Positions 1 through 13,116 of a DNA stretch of 64,000 nucleotides are shown one piece after another (the first letter of the stretch is position 1; each line of letters starts with the position of its first letter). Source of the stretch: Eledone cirrhosa (lineage: Eukaryota). The stretch lies in NCBI GenBank assembly GCA_964016885.1, contig OZ024745.1:21514001-21578000 (forward strand), given 5' to 3'. Position numbers and translations under genes: made by a program. The notes below the pieces were generated by a model. That model was not told where the DNA came from. It saw nothing but the letters and a program-made list of their open reading frames with translations, and did no database searches.

Positions 1-207
1 AGCGTGTTTATGGCATCGATCCTATTCCTTGCATTCAATTCCGTTCTTAAGATTGCTCTTACTCTGCGGTAACATTCCTTCCTTATCCTTTCCCTCATTG
101 TCGAGTGCTTGATTCCGTCTCCTTCACAAACACCTAGATATTTGTAAGTTTTTTCTTGATCAAGTTCTCTTATCACGTTCCACCGATCAAGATTAATGTC
201 TGAACTC

Positions 208-208
<1 letters not shown>
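1..208 (-). mobile_element. 5'-truncated R4/Dong-like non-LTR retrotransposon fragment (RT thumb region), runs off the window
   Basis: Minus strand reads ...IRELDQEKTYKYLGVCEGDGIKHSTMRERIRKECYRRVRAILRTELNARNRIDAINT, homologous to the element at 6404-8060 (YKYLGV...EYLRRVRSVLKSHLNSRNAISAVN); its 5' junction abuts (ATT)n. Confidence 0.8.

Positions 209-280
<72 letters not shown>
209..280. repeat. (ATT)n microsatellite
   Basis: Direct reading. Confidence 0.97.
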
Positions 281-282
<2 letters not shown>

Positions 283-411
283 TTTTCTTTGTTATTTTAT
301 TACATCCTCTGTTTTTTTTACACGCAGAAATGCCCATTTGTACCGTCCTGTATTGTCCTGTACTGTCCTTAATGTCTACTTTATGTAAACCCTTGTAGTT
401 AATAAAGAAAA

Positions 412-412
<1 letters not shown>
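283..412 (+). mobile_element. Short 5'-truncated copy (3' UTR only) of the Tx1-clade element, with (ATT)n tail 413-463
   Basis: Near-identical to 6232-6361 including AATAAAGAAAAC; a few substitutions. Confidence 0.85.
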
Positions 413-463
<51 letters not shown>

Positions 464-672
464 GGCCACCTACGTAGTAAATCGTATCATCGTGAGCTCC
501 GCAAAGGTTTGTTATTTCCGTTTGTTAAAAAATTGCCATTTATGGAAAATTTTATTGTTAACTGTTTATAAGCACACATACATTGTTTTCCGAAAAGGAC
601 ACCCAAAAAGATTGGGGCCTTGTGCCCAAAATTTTAACTTTTATTATTATCAAAAAATTTCTTTGAAAAAAA

Positions 673-2663
673 ATGGCTACTTCACCTCTGCACGAAGCAG
701 CTGAAAGCCTTCCTCACAAAATCACACCTCACACCGACACCACCATTGTAAATGTTACTACGTTTGCCAACACAAAAAAAAAATATAAGCAGTAGCAATA
801 TTTTAAATTTGTCTCAGGCAGACATTCATTTCCCGCCATTACCAATGACTGCAGGTGTTAAAGCCTCCACCACCACCACCACCGCGACAACCACCATCAC
901 CACAACCACCGCGACAACAGAAACAAAAGAAGAAAAAAATAAATTAAGTCGTGATGTCGAAATGAAATCAAGCAAAATGGACTCTTCCCCACCAAAGACG
1001 ACTGACGTCACCACCACCACAACTGAAACTAAAATTAATATTAACGATAGCAACAACAACAACAATGACATTATAAACCCCCCCCCCCTCAGTTTCGCCA
1101 GAGTAGCAAAACAATTCGAAGCATTTACGGTAACTCAGTAAGATTTAGAAAATGCCAAACAAATGGTAAAGAAAGATGGGTACAGGGTCAGCCTCATCCC
1201 CCACCTAATAAAATGGAGCATCGGCGCCTATGCACCGTGTCGTATAGAGCAATAAATGTAAAATCGCGCCGAGTGGAACGGGCATCCGAGTCCCAAATCC
1301 TAAAAGCTTTGGGACATGTGTGGGCAAGAAAAACCCACATCAGACGTGGGCAAAAGTATGGAACCGTGGACGTGTTCTTTGAAACACCAGAGGAGGCTAG
1401 AGAACACTCCATGGCCCCATTAAAAAGTGACGACTTCACACTCGTCCCAAGCTATTGTGGACAAAGACTCGTAAAGATCAGGGTGACCCACGTTCCACCG
1501 GCCATCGAAATTCCCTGGCTAATAGCGGCCGTCCTCGCCGGCATCGAAGCCAACACGAAAATAATAGCAATAGCAAAAGAAAAGCAGGAAAACTAGTCCG
1601 GGTCTGGGATGGAGCTCCTGATCCAAGCGGACCAAAAAAGCATTGAGGAGATCCCAGAGGTAATATACCTCACTGACGGCAGCCACCTCGCGGTAATTGT
1701 CGAGGGCAGAAGACCTAGGTGTGTCGTTTGTGGTGAAGGAACCCACCTAAGGGCTTTCTGCCCTCAGGCTAAAAGGTTGAGGCCACCTCTCCTACCCACC
1801 CCAGTGACACAACCATCAACACCACCAGTAGCAGAGATGGCAGCAACAACTGTAGCAGCAACAACAGAAGCAACTATAACAGCAACAACCCCAGCAACAG
1901 TAGCAAAACCAACACCACCACCGCCACCAGCAAAACCAACACCACCACCACCCAACGCTTCAGAACTAGCACCAGCGCCTACACCATCCACCACGCCACA
2001 ACCAAAACTAACGGCTGTGGAGGATTTTCCACTCCCCGGCCTATCACAACTGGAGACAGATTGTGACGACGAGGAGTGGGAAACGATATCCGGAAAAAAA
2101 AAAAAGAAACCAAAAAAGAAAAAAATTCTCTTCCTTCCCCCTCCAAAAACAAAATACAGAGGGAAACAAATAAATTAAGAAACAAAAAAGTTAGGACAGA
2201 TATGCCACCATCCACACCAGCATCACCAACCCCATCAACCCAAACAACAACACCATCACTATCATTAACCCCAACACCACCATCACCTACACCACAAAAG
2301 TCACCAAAATGCGAAACAGAAACAAACCCACAACAAACGCAAACAAAACAAAACAACCAAAACGATACACACTACACAGCATTACATTTGAACAACAAGC
2401 AATTATTACACTACATCCAACACAACACCAGCATCACAGAAAAAGACTACACAACAACACCAAAATTCACACCACCTCCACACATACAAATCACTCGCAT
2501 CACACAGAAAACGTACATGACACTAAAACAAAAATTCCCCAAAGACATCGGAGACTTCCGACAAGCACTCTCCAGGAGGATTTATAAGGACATCCTTCCT
2601 GAGGAGGCCACAAGCAGTGAAAAGGATGGAAAAACCGTCCTTCCCCTACGAGAAGTAAGGTAA
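673..2663 (+). pseudogene. Tx1 ORF1 (gag-like nucleic-acid-binding protein), disrupted by stops and frameshifts
   Basis: Spread over ORFs 752-1141, 1213-1596, 1609-2178, 2076-2663; CX2CX4HX4C knuckle CVVCGEGTHLRAFC followed by a Pro/Thr-rich region; TAG at 1139 and 1594; start ATG at 673 is inferred. Confidence 0.75.
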
Positions 2664-2697
2664 GTGATCTTTCCCATCTTTTCCACCCCTTTTCAAC

Positions 2698-5600
2698 ATG
2701 ACCTCACTCAGAATAGGCAGCATAAATGCGCGTGGCTTGGGGTCGTCATGGAAGCAGGGCCACCTGCTCAACGACCTCAGGTCACTAAACATAGATGTAG
2801 TGGCCATCAGCGAGACCAGAATCTCCGAAGCACAGGCTTTCGCACCGATCTTCGGCGGCTACGATGTGTACGCATCTCCCAGCCGTCCGGGATCGGGGGG
2901 AGGAGTTGCTGTGCTTTTTCGGAGAGGTTTGGATCTTGCCATACGGGCCATCTTCCTGGACCCAGAAGGTAAGTTGGTGGTGCTGGACGTGACTAGCGGA
3001 GACGGCCAAGCTTTCAGGTTAGTGGCCGTCTATGCCCCGACAGGAGCAGGGCGGCCTGATTTCTTCCGGCGTCTGGAGACCTTTCTTGGAACGTCCCGCT
3101 CGTTAGTGTTAGTGGGCGACTGGAACGGGATCTTAGATGCACGCTGGGATTGTGTGGGATTAGTGGATAGGGAAGGAGGGTGCAAGAGTCTCACCAACCT
3201 GCTCAGACGTTTTGAACTGTCTGACAGGTACCGAATGGATTTCCCGAATGTACCAATGTGGACTTGGACAAATCGCATAGGGTCATCCAGATCATATCTA
3301 GATAGAGTATTTTGTAGGGAAATAGATAGGTCTAGCATAGGCTGTCCACAATTCAAGATAGTCAGCTACACGGACCACAAATTCGTGATCTGTGTGCTTG
3401 ACTTAGATAGGCTTCATAGACAAGGATCCGGCTACTGGAAGCTAAACGCGTCCTTACCAGCGCGCAAGGCCTACAGAGACCGGATTAGCGAACTAGTTAA
3501 GCGGGCGTTGACGGTGGCCATCGTCAACAACAAGTGGTGGTTTGCTCTGAAAAGAGCAATTAGAATAGAGTCCATTAGGTTTAGTAAGACTTTAGCAATA
3601 GAGAAAAATAGAGCAGAGGGAGAATTAGTTAGAAAATTAGATGAGGCGCTTAGCAAAGGCATCGCGACCGACGTACTTGCGGCGAAATTGGCCCTTGACC
3701 AATTCTTCAATGCAAAGCACGAAGGCTGCGTTGTCAGAGCTAGGGTGCGTGCTCTCAGACACGAGGGGACGAAAGTCGTTCAATGGGCCCGAGTGGCGGA
3801 GGCGCGTCGTGGCAACAAAGCCACGATCCGGTCTTTGGTGGACCACGACGGGCGCATGCTACACGATCCCGGGCAAATGTGTGAAGCTTTTCAGCGACAC
3901 TTCGCTCAACTGTTCGGGGGCAGTGGCGGGCCGGATCGAGGGATGGACTTTAGTGTCTACCTCGACGTACTGCCGCGGCTTTCGGCCACTGAGGCGGAGT
4001 GTTGCGAAAAGCCGATAACAACCGCTGAAGTACGGGATGCAATGACTAGTTGCACAAGGGGTAAATCGCCTGGTTTGGATGGTCTGCCCTATGAACTTTA
4101 CGTACAAATGCCAAACTTGTTCGGAGGCCTCTTGGCGGACGTCTACTGCAACTGGCAACAGAACGGGAGAATTCCCAGCTCTGTGAGCCGAGGAGCGGTG
4201 GCGCTGCTGAGAAAGGATCCGAACAAGGGGGATAACATAGATAATTTTAGGCCCATAACTCTGCTAAACACAGAGTTCAAGATGTTGGCCAAGGTGCTAG
4301 CAAAGAGGTTGGCGCTTGTCGTTGGTGGTCTGGTGGGAGAGGCACAGACATGCGCCATTCCCGACAGATCCATCCACGACAACCTCCACCTCATGCGATA
4401 CATCGTAGAGAGGGTAGCTAGGGAACCTGGCACGGGTGGGTCTTTGATCAATTTAGATCAGTCGAAAGCCTTCGATAGGTTCGACCATCGTTACCTAGCG
4501 GCAGTCCTGAGGGCGGCTGGCTTTGGGCCCGTCTTCAGAGGCTGGATCGCTGCCATGCACAGCGACATCTGCTCTGTAGTGAGAGTGAACAGTCACCTTT
4601 CGGAACCGTTCAACATCATGCGCTCGGTCCGCCAAGGATGTCCCCTCTCGTCCCTATTGTACGTATTGACTCTCGAGCCATTACTGCACAAACTGGAGAC
4701 GTTGAGGTGGGTCCCGCGCGAACTAGGATGCGGAAGATCCGTGTCAGCATATGCCGACGATGTCACCGTAGTGGTGTCGAACGCCAAACACATCGAGGCG
4801 ATCGGCACTACACTAAGAGAATACGAAGCGGTGACAGGAGCAATGATCAACCAGGAAAAGTCAGTGGGCCTGCAGCTCGGCACCTGGAGAGGCAGGTCCA
4901 TGCCGTCCAACAGCGTCGTCGGGCGCTGGACGGACGGACCGGTTAAAATGCTAGGGGTCTGGTTCGGTCCAGACCTCCAGACGGACAAAAACTGGGACGA
5001 GGTGACGAGCAGGGTGGCTTCCCTCACCCAGAAATAGGCCGAGAGGAAGCTATCCCTGAAAGGTCGAGCGGAGGTGGCGAATGCGTACATCGCATCCGTC
5101 ATCTACTACCGCCTGACCGTCGTACCTTGTCCTAAGCCCCGCCTGACTGCGCTGGAGCGTTTGCTCTTTGGCTTCTTGTGGAAGGGACGCGCCCCGATGG
5201 TCAGGCGGTCCATCTGCTGTCAACACCCGCTACGTGGAGGGCTGGGCATGCCGTGGCTGATGATGCGCAGACACGCGCTCAGGCTACGACATCTCCACCT
5301 CTTCTTCGACGGTGATCAGGTGTGGTCGCCGTTTGCGAGACACGTTTTTCCCCAGCTCGTTTCCTTGACGGAGCTGCAGTCCTGGGTCAAGCGAAGACCG
5401 AGAGGGAGCGCTTGGAGACTGGAATGTCTTCAGGCGCTCACAGCCCTCGACCAATCGGGCAATGTGATCGGTGGAAACTCCACCTTGGCGTTCTATAGGG
5501 GATTAGTGGAGGGGAAGAGCGACGACGTACTTGGAGAAACTCTAGGCGTCGACGAAAATCAACTAGCCAATCTCTTCGGAAGGACTTTCGGGCCGGGGCC

Positions 5601-6117
5601 TATGGACAACTTCCAGAAATCCCTGGCCTGGCAGTGCTACCGAGGAGCTTTGCCAGTTCGGGATAAACTCTACAGGCATGGAGGTGCCGTCAGCCGGGCA
5701 TGTCCGAGATGCGCGCAGGGCGACGAAACCGTCCTGCACGCACTCGTCCAGTGTCCGAGCATTGCTGACTTGTGGGTTTATGTCGAACACCTGCTGTCAC
5801 GTGTAGGACGGATCCAGCTATCAGCTGAGTCCATCGTGAGGATTGCCCCGCCCCCTTCCTTTAGCCGGGAAGGGCAGGCAGTTTTTATCTGTCTGGTGGC
5901 CATGGCGAAAGAGATAGTATGGTGGACACGTTTGAAAGGGCTGAAGACGAGCACTTACCTCTTCGGTGATGCCCTGATTAACTTTTTCAAATTTCATTTG
6001 AAAAGGAAAATCAGGGTAGAGAGGGAAGTGCTCTCTTCCCAGCATTTTGTTGAAAGATGGGTGAGAGAAGCAAGTATGGCCCGAATGAATGGGCCTTCTC
6101 TGAGTATGTGTCTGTAA
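2698..6117 (+). pseudogene. Tx1 ORF2: APE endonuclease, reverse transcriptase and zinc-binding domain; one in-frame TAG at 5035-5037
   Basis: APE motifs SINARG, SET, VYAP, GDWN, LDR, TDH; RT motifs KSPGLDG, FRPITLLN, DQSKAFD, RQGCPLS, YADD; C-terminal CPRC...ETVLHALVQC; ORFs 2698-5037 and 5074-6117 are in one frame. Confidence 0.93.
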
Positions 6118-6360
6118 ATTAAAGGTGGAAAACTGGGAGAGGGCACTTGCCCTGGTGGTCAGGGCCACTGTGGTCTTTTAATGGGCTTTCTCCACAAATG
6201 TCCCTCGGAAGTCTCCCCCCTATTGGGGAATTTTTCTTTGTTATTTTATTTCAACCTCCGTTTTTTTTACACGCAGAAATGCCCATTTGTACCGTCCTGT
6301 ATTGTCCTGTACTGTCCTTAATGTCTACTTTATGTAAACCCTTGTGGTTAATAAAGAAAA

Positions 6361-6403
<43 letters not shown>

Positions 6404-8060
6404 GGCCACCTACGTAGTAAATCGTATCATCATGTGTCTCAGTCATTGATGTTAGTTAACTGGAAAGTTTGTTGAAATGAATATCAAGCCACTACCTGCA
6501 GCCTCAGATATTCAGGACGTATCGGAGGGTTCTTGCTGTTCCCAGCAAGCATGCCTTTTGAAGCGTCCCAAAAAGCGTGAAGGGGCCAATTTTCTTTAAC
6601 CATCCCTGGAAACTTTTTGAGATAGTCCCTAGTGCGCCTATGACAATCGGGATCACTTTGACTTCATGGCAGTTCCAAATCCTTTTTACCTCCCACTTTA
6701 AGTCCTGGTATCGGTTAATTTTCTCCCTCTCCTTCTCTTGCACTCTCGTGTCGAATGGGCAGGCCACATCCACAATCAGGCACGATCTTTTTTCTTTGTC
6801 CAAAACCACCAGGTCAGGTCTATTGTGTTCCAGTTTCTTGTCCGTCTGTATCCTAAAATCCCACAGCACCTTCACCTGATTGTTTTCTATCACCGCCTCT
6901 GGCTTATGCTCATACCACTTCTCAGAATGTGGTAAATTGTTTACTTTGCATAGGTGCCAGTGGATCACCCTGCCCATCACATCATGTCTCCAGTTCTTAT
7001 AGTGAGTCTGGGCTAGGGGTTTACAATCGGATACAATGTGAGCCACAGTCTCCTCTCTCTCTCCACAGATCCTGCACAGTGTGCTAGCCTCCTCCTTGTA
7101 AATGTGGTATTTCAACCACTTTGTTTTGAGGGCCTGCTCCTGCGCAGCCATTAACATTCCTTCTGTAGCCTTTTTAAGGTCTCCTCTTTTCAACCAGTTC
7201 CATGTCTGTCGATCTCTAAATTCAGTTTTCTCAAACAAGGTACTATGAAGGGATTTTTCCTGAAGGCTGCTCTTTCTCCTTGATGTTATTTCCTCCTTGG
7301 ACATCCCCTGGCCTATTGTCCCCTCTTTCAGTACAGTTCTGAGCATTGGCTCCTTACTATCAGTCACGTATTTGTGTAGGTTGTTTTTCTCCATCTGAAC
7401 ACAGTCCTCTATGCTGATAAGACCTCTTCCACCCTCAGATCTCCTATCGACATCACTCCTCTTGTGGAACATGTTGTAGCTAGTCAATAGCTTCCTAGTC
7501 TTCCTATCCATTTCTTTTTGTTCAGCAACATTCCATCTCAGAATTCCCGCACTGTACCTAATAATAGACACAGCTCGGGAATTTACTGCACTTATGGCAT
7601 TCCTACTGTTCAGATGTGACTTTAATACGCTCCTTACTCTCCGAAGGTATTCAGTTCTAATCAATTACTTCATTTTTTTGTTCTTGATGTCATCAGCCTC
7701 CAGAACGCCCAAATACTTGTATCCTTCCTCAGAGTCAATTTCCTTTATCTTCTCACCTGTTGGTATCTGGATTCCGTTACTTCTGCTCAACTTACCCCTC
7801 CTCATCACAATGATTCCACACTTACTAATACCAAATTGCATACATATATCATTGCTGAAAATACGGACAGTGTCAACAAGCACATCCAACTCCTTCTCAC
7901 TTTTACCGAAGAGCTTAAGATCGTCCATGAAGAGGAGGTGATTGATGGTAAGCCCTCCCTTTCCCAACCTGTATCCTGCTCTCACTTTTCGCAGTACACT
8001 GGTCAGAGGCATCAGGGCAAGGACAAACAACAGAGGGGACAGACTATCTCCCTGGAAGAT
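6404..8060 (-). mobile_element. 5'-truncated R4/Dong-like non-LTR retrotransposon (RT plus restriction-like endonuclease) flanked by (TAA)n on both sides
   Basis: IFQGDSLSP, FMDD, YKYLG; CRIC...H...C knuckle, RHD, RPDLVV...DVACP...EKINRY; coding 8060 to 6504 with a stop at 7665-7667; about 100-nt 3' UTR ending GTGGCC(AAT)n. Confidence 0.9.
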
Positions 8061-8061
8061 A

Positions 8062-8112
<51 letters not shown>

Positions 8113-8114
<2 letters not shown>

Positions 8115-8181
8115 AATAACGTACCAGTAATGTACTGAGTAATTGCTGGCCTTGTGCCTAAAGTAAAAACAATTATTATTA
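8113..8181 (+). mobile_element. 3' fragment of tRNA-derived SINE family A
   Basis: GTACCAGTAATGTACTG...AATTGCTGGCCTTGTGCC...AACAATTATT matches the full copies at 43940 and 48348. Confidence 0.75.
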
Positions 8182-8404
8182 TCCTCCTCCTCCTCCTCCT
8201 TCTTCTTCTTCTTCTTCTTCTTCTTCTTCTTCTTCTTCTCCTCCTCCTCCTCCTCCTCCCCCTCCTCCTCCTCCTCCTTCTTCTTCTTATTCTCCTCCCG
8301 CTCCTCCTCGTCCTCCTCCTCCTCCTCCTCCTCCCCCTTCTTCTTCTTCTTCTTCTTCTTCTTCTTCTTCTTCTTCTTCTTCTTCTTCTTCTTCTTCTTC
8401 TTCT
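8182..8404. repeat. Compound (CCT)n/(CTT)n microsatellite
   Basis: Direct reading. Confidence 0.95.
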
Positions 8405-8538
8405 AACGATACAGAAGATATCCCCATTCCCCTACTAATGTCTCCACCAATCACATTGGTCCTGCCTCAGTATAAACAGACACCAACACCAACACCAACA
8501 ACAACAACACGCCACGCTACAAAAGAGACTATGAAGGT
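8403..8538 (+). repeat. Dispersed repeat that follows a (CTT)n tract; longer copy at 37410-37882 (-)
   Basis: CTAACGATACAG...CCAATCACATTGG...CTATGAAGGT matches the reverse complement of 37600-37728. Confidence 0.85.
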
Positions 8539-8719
8539 CTAGGAAAGTAGATAATGGAGTTGGAAACTTTACTGTGGAAAACAAACTCTAATGAATTCAT
8601 AGGAAAAGTTGAAAACATAAAAACTAGAACACAGTCGTGTTTTCAATACAAGTCACAATGAAAAGCTGTTTCCTGTATATATATGTATATATATATGTAT
8701 GTATATATATATATATTGC

Positions 8720-8753
<34 letters not shown>

Positions 8754-8810
8754 CATGTATATATATATAAATATATATTGCATGTACACATATATATATA
8801 TATATATATT

Positions 8811-8879
<69 letters not shown>

Positions 8880-8927
8880 ACATATATATATATTGCATGT
8901 ATATATATGTATATATATATTGCATGT

Positions 8928-8958
<31 letters not shown>

Positions 8959-8974
8959 ATATATACATATATAT

Positions 8975-9097
8975 GTAGGAGGTGAGTTTTATTGTAGTAC
9001 AATAAAGCAATGCAGATATCGGATAAGAAGCACTCTACAGTTTGTAGGACTGGAGTATACATGGAACTCCTTTAACCATCTTTTGATCTTATATATT
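8975..9097. mobile_element. Small two-part inverted insertion of ribozyme-element family C in (TA)n
   Basis: 8975-9059 matches 40969-41053 and 9061-9097 matches 41324-41360. Confidence 0.85.
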
Positions 9098-9239
9098 ATA
9101 TACATATATATATAGATATACACATAATATATGTATATATGTATATATATATATGTATAAGTATACATATATATATATTTGCATATATATATATATATAT
9201 GTATATGTATACATATATATACATATGTATACGTATATG

Positions 9240-9293
<54 letters not shown>

Positions 9294-10038
9294 TATATAC
9301 GTGTGCGTTTGTGTATTTATTTGTAATTTTGTGTACGTGTACACATGTATGTGTAAAGTAACTATGTGTATATTTGTGTTTTCCAATGTATGTGTATATA
9401 TTTGGACTTTATGCATATATAATTTATACGACACGATGCTGTAGTTGTGGTGCTGCGGAGATGAGATAACGTATCACACGAAAACATCTAGAACTGATCT
9501 ACAAGATAAATTAGCTCCGTCTACCAATTATTGATGCAGCTTCCGCTTGCAGAGTTTTTATTCTTTTTATTATTATAGTTTATTTATTTATTTATTTTTT
9601 AGTAAATTTCTTTTGTGTTTATCTTTTTCTTTTGCCTCGCTTTTCTTTTATTCTTCTTCTTGTTACTTTCTTTATTCTGAAGTTAAAATCTCTATCGTTT
9701 TCTTCAAATTAATTCTCTAATATCTTCTCTATTTTCACCATTTTTTCTTCGTCTCTCAAATATTTCTTCCGTCTCTCCTCTATTTTTGTCTTTCATTTAT
9801 ATACTGTTTCTTTTGCTCTCCTTTTCTTTTTTCTTTTTTCCCAGACTTCTTTCAATATTTAATTCATTCCTTCAGATATAATTTATTCATTCGCTGTTCA
9901 TTCTTATATTTTTCCACAATTTCATTCTTCTTGTTTCGTTCATCTTCTTTCTTGCTCTCATATTATTTTCCACCTTCATTGCTTTCTCTCAATTCTTTCA
10001 TATGTTTCCTCCTTCTTAATCTATCTACCTATCTATCC

Positions 10039-10102
<64 letters not shown>

Positions 10103-10104
<2 letters not shown>

Positions 10105-10177
10105 AAAACCCCCGCCGTCACGTCTTGTAATGATTGTAATGATCCATTTTTGTACGCCCCTGTGGCAAATAAAGAAA
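10103..10177 (+). mobile_element. Tx1-related 3' end fragment in (TATC)n
   Basis: Matches the 3' UTR end of 17544-18150 (CCCTGTGGCAAATAAAGAAA); (CTAT)n on both sides. Confidence 0.8.
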
Positions 10178-10213
10178 TCTATCCATCTATCTATCTATCT
10201 ATCTATCTATCCA

Positions 10214-10445
10214 GCCTGTAGGTGGAAAGGTGGAAGTTCAAAGGAGCACCCCCTCTCTGTGCTCCTAAGGAAAAGGATTGCACACTTTTTCGGGGGTGTG
10301 TGTAACACCCAAAACGCCTCCTCCCTATTGAGGACTGTATTGTTAATTTTATATTTGTTATTTGTTTTTTACTCGTTCCTGTATGTAAACTCCCCCCTTG
10401 TATTTGTCCCCTTCTTTTGTGCCCCCGTGGCAAATAAATAGAAAC
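10214..10445 (+). mobile_element. Tx1-related 3' UTR fragment in (TATC)n
   Basis: Starts at the ORF2 stop context (AGCCTGTAG) and ends CCCGTGGCAAATAAA then (TATC)n. Confidence 0.7.
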
Positions 10446-11798
10446 TTATCTATCTATCTATCAATCTACCTACCTATCTACCTATCTACCTACCTACCTA
10501 TCTCTATCTATCTGTCTATCTACACATCTATCTTTCTCTTCCTTCGTTCTTCCATCATTATTATCTTCATATCTCATTCATTTTTTCATTCTATTACAAT
10601 TTCTTCACTCCGTATCTTGATGTCTCTTGTAATCATTCTTTTGTCATAATATCATTTCCTTCCTTAGCAATAATATTTCTTATATTTTCTCTTCTTCTTC
10701 CTTTTTATCCTTCTTTTGCTATCCTTCTAACTACTCAAACTCTTTCTCTCCCTCCACTTTTTCTATATATCTTTGCGATCTATTTCCGTGTTTCCATCTG
10801 TTCCAACTTATCCATCTATATCTTTCATATTTTCAATATTTTTACATAAATTATTTCCCATTTCTTTTCTGTTTTCATTCTTTCCTAATCTTTGATCTCG
10901 TTTATTCATTCTATTTTCCTTCATTCTTAATTTCTTTCCTTCTCCTTTCCTCTTTGTTTTTCTCTGTCTTTCTCATGTCTCTGTCATCTTTCATGTTTCT
11001 TTCCAACCCTCCTAATCTCTTTCATTGTTTCATTCATTCTATCCTCAGTTATTTGTTGCTAATTTTGTTTTTTGCTTTCTTCTGTTCGTTCTTTCGCTCT
11101 TTATTTCTGTCTGACTCTCTCTTTCTCTCTTCCTTTCTCTTTTTTTCATTGTCTCTTTTTGTCATTCTTGTGTTTTCTTTTCTTTGATTCTTCCATTATT
11201 TCCTTCACTCGTTCATTTTTTTTCTTGTATAGTATTTCTTTTTCTTTTCATTCATACATTCTTTCATCTTCTCTGTTTCATTCTCTATCTCTTCTCTCTT
11301 TTCTTTGTTATTTCATTCTCTTTGTCCTTATTTCGTTCCTTCATTCTTTCATTCACAATATTTCTCATCTTCGTTTCCTTTTATCAACATTTCTCATATT
11401 TTTTATCGTACGTTTTCTTCTCTTCTAATTATTTCTTTGTTCACTTATTGTTTTTTTTTTGTTCTTTTTTATATTGGGGATGGCCATGTTGCCAGTATAG
11501 CCAATAAAAAGAAACACACCCGCTCCATATGGTTTTAACTTTATCTTTATTGCTCGTTATTCATTCGTTAGTCAACGTTCTTTTGTCACACATTCTGTGA
11601 CCTCTTCAATGACTATCTGTTTTCTATTGTGCTTCTTCTTTCTGGTTTTAAACTGCTACTCAATGTTGCTTTTTTGTTTTGGGCCAAATACGTTTTTCTG
11701 TTTATATATCTTTTTTTCCTTCGTTAAGTTTCTCAACTCTTTCATTCTTAGATTAATTATTTATTAATGTATTTGTTTATTTTTCTATATTGACGTCC

Positions 11799-11867
<69 letters not shown>

Positions 11868-11959
11868 TCTGTATCTATTTATCTATCTATCTATCTTTCT
11901 TTCTTTTCTCCCTTTCTTTGTTTTCTTATCATTTTCAATATCCTATTCATTTGTTCATT

Positions 11960-12134
11960 TATTGAGTTACGGCTCTATACGTCCTGACTTCCAATCCAGT
12001 GGAGGTTAGTTTTGCTTTTCATCGTTACGGATTCGAGAAAATAAAGTACCAGTAATCGACTGGGGTCGATTTAAGCGACATTTTCTTCTCTCAAAATTAT
12101 TCGCCTTGTCTCTAAATCAGGAGCCATTATTATT
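11960..12134 (+). mobile_element. Degraded SINE family A copy
   Basis: GAGTTACGGC...TTTCATC...AAAATAAAGTACCAGT...GGGGTCGATT. Confidence 0.65.
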
Positions 12135-12384
12135 TATCGTTTCTCTATTTGTTTCCTGTTCGCCCTCTCCTATGTTATCTCTTACGTTACCTAATTTATT
12201 CTTTCTTTCATTTTTTCTTTCCTTCTTATTCTACTGTTATGTTCTGCTTCTTCATTTTCTCACCCTTGCCATTTTTTAAACTTTATTCACACTTCTTATT
12301 TATAATATATTTATTCATGTCTTCATTTCACTATTTTCCTATTTTTCCTAATTACATTCTTTTCATTCTAGGCACTCCTTCTAT

Positions 12385-12655
12385 TTCCATTATCCGGGTA
12401 TTTAAGCAATGTTTTTCTGAAGGTAGTTGCGAGAGTATATTCCACTTTTCCGAGATACACAGCCAGCAAAATATTGTCCCATTCACATAGGGGTGTATTT
12501 TACTAATATACTCCATTTAATGGGAAATGATTTGCCATTATATTTTAGGTTCCACACATGGTTCGTGACCTGAGTAACATGATTTTTGTCAGGATGTCTG
12601 TAGGCTGTTTCATATTTCAGGTACCAGCTTTTGAATCGGCTCTTTAGTCATACCG

Positions 12656-12657
<2 letters not shown>
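12385..12657 (-). pseudogene. Penelope-like element GIY-YIG endonuclease C-terminal fragment (type with CxxC)
   Basis: With frameshifts reads VGMTK.RFKSWY...TNHVWNLK...IKWSIL...PY...CWLCISEKWNI...LNTR; abuts (CA)n(TA)n. Confidence 0.7.
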
Positions 12658-12742
<85 letters not shown>

Positions 12743-12790
12743 TGTATGTATGTATGTATGTATGTATGTATGTATGTATGTATGTATGTA

Positions 12791-13093
12791 TCTTTTTGGT
12801 AAATATCATCTTGGTTAAGAGAGTGGGACTGGCTTTGTGCAGTGCCTTTGCTCACTATAAAAGCTTCACAGCACAGGCATTGCTTTATATCTGGAGATCT
12901 CTCTGCACTTGTCATCACATGGTACCATGGGCCCAGCACTATGTGTCAATAATTGTCACAAGTGTAGTCTTTGTACCAGAGTTTTCAAGTCGCTGGCTGG
13001 ACTAAAAAGTCACATTTGTTCAGCGCATTGGTAGGGGTTCTCCTACATGGATATAAAGTAGTGGCCGTACTCGAAAACGAGTTGGCAGCCACC
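12791..13093 (+). mobile_element. 3' end of an RTE-clade LINE between (TATG)n tracts
   Basis: Encodes terminal finger CSLCTRVFKSLAGLKSH and ends GGCCGTACTCGAAAACGAGTTGGCAGCCACC(ATGT)n, like 15310-15340. Confidence 0.8.
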
Positions 13094-13116
13094 ATGTATG
13101 TATGTATGTATGTATG

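Larger units (their letters stand above)
492..6361 (+). mobile_element. Near full-length Tx1-clade (L1 group) non-LTR retrotransposon inserted at an (ATT)n tract
   Basis: ORF1 with CCHC knuckle, ORF2 with APE endonuclease, RT and C-terminal Zn motif, 3' UTR with AATAAA and (ATT)n tail, flanking duplication 464-491/6404-6431. Confidence 0.92.

Noticed and set aside
5035-5037. Programmed readthrough at in-frame TAG codons in the Tx1 element
   Set aside because: TGG-to-TAG point mutation in a decaying copy is simpler, and other lesions are present
283-6431. LTR retrotransposon interpretation of the ~200-bp terminal direct repeats
   Set aside because: Coding content is APE-RT of non-LTR type, with no integrase, protease or TG..CA ends; explained by a sibling stub plus TSD
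11478-11520. About 45-bp motif with AATAAA repeated at 19933-19982 (-)
   Set aside because: Probably the extreme 3' end of a retroelement, too short to assign
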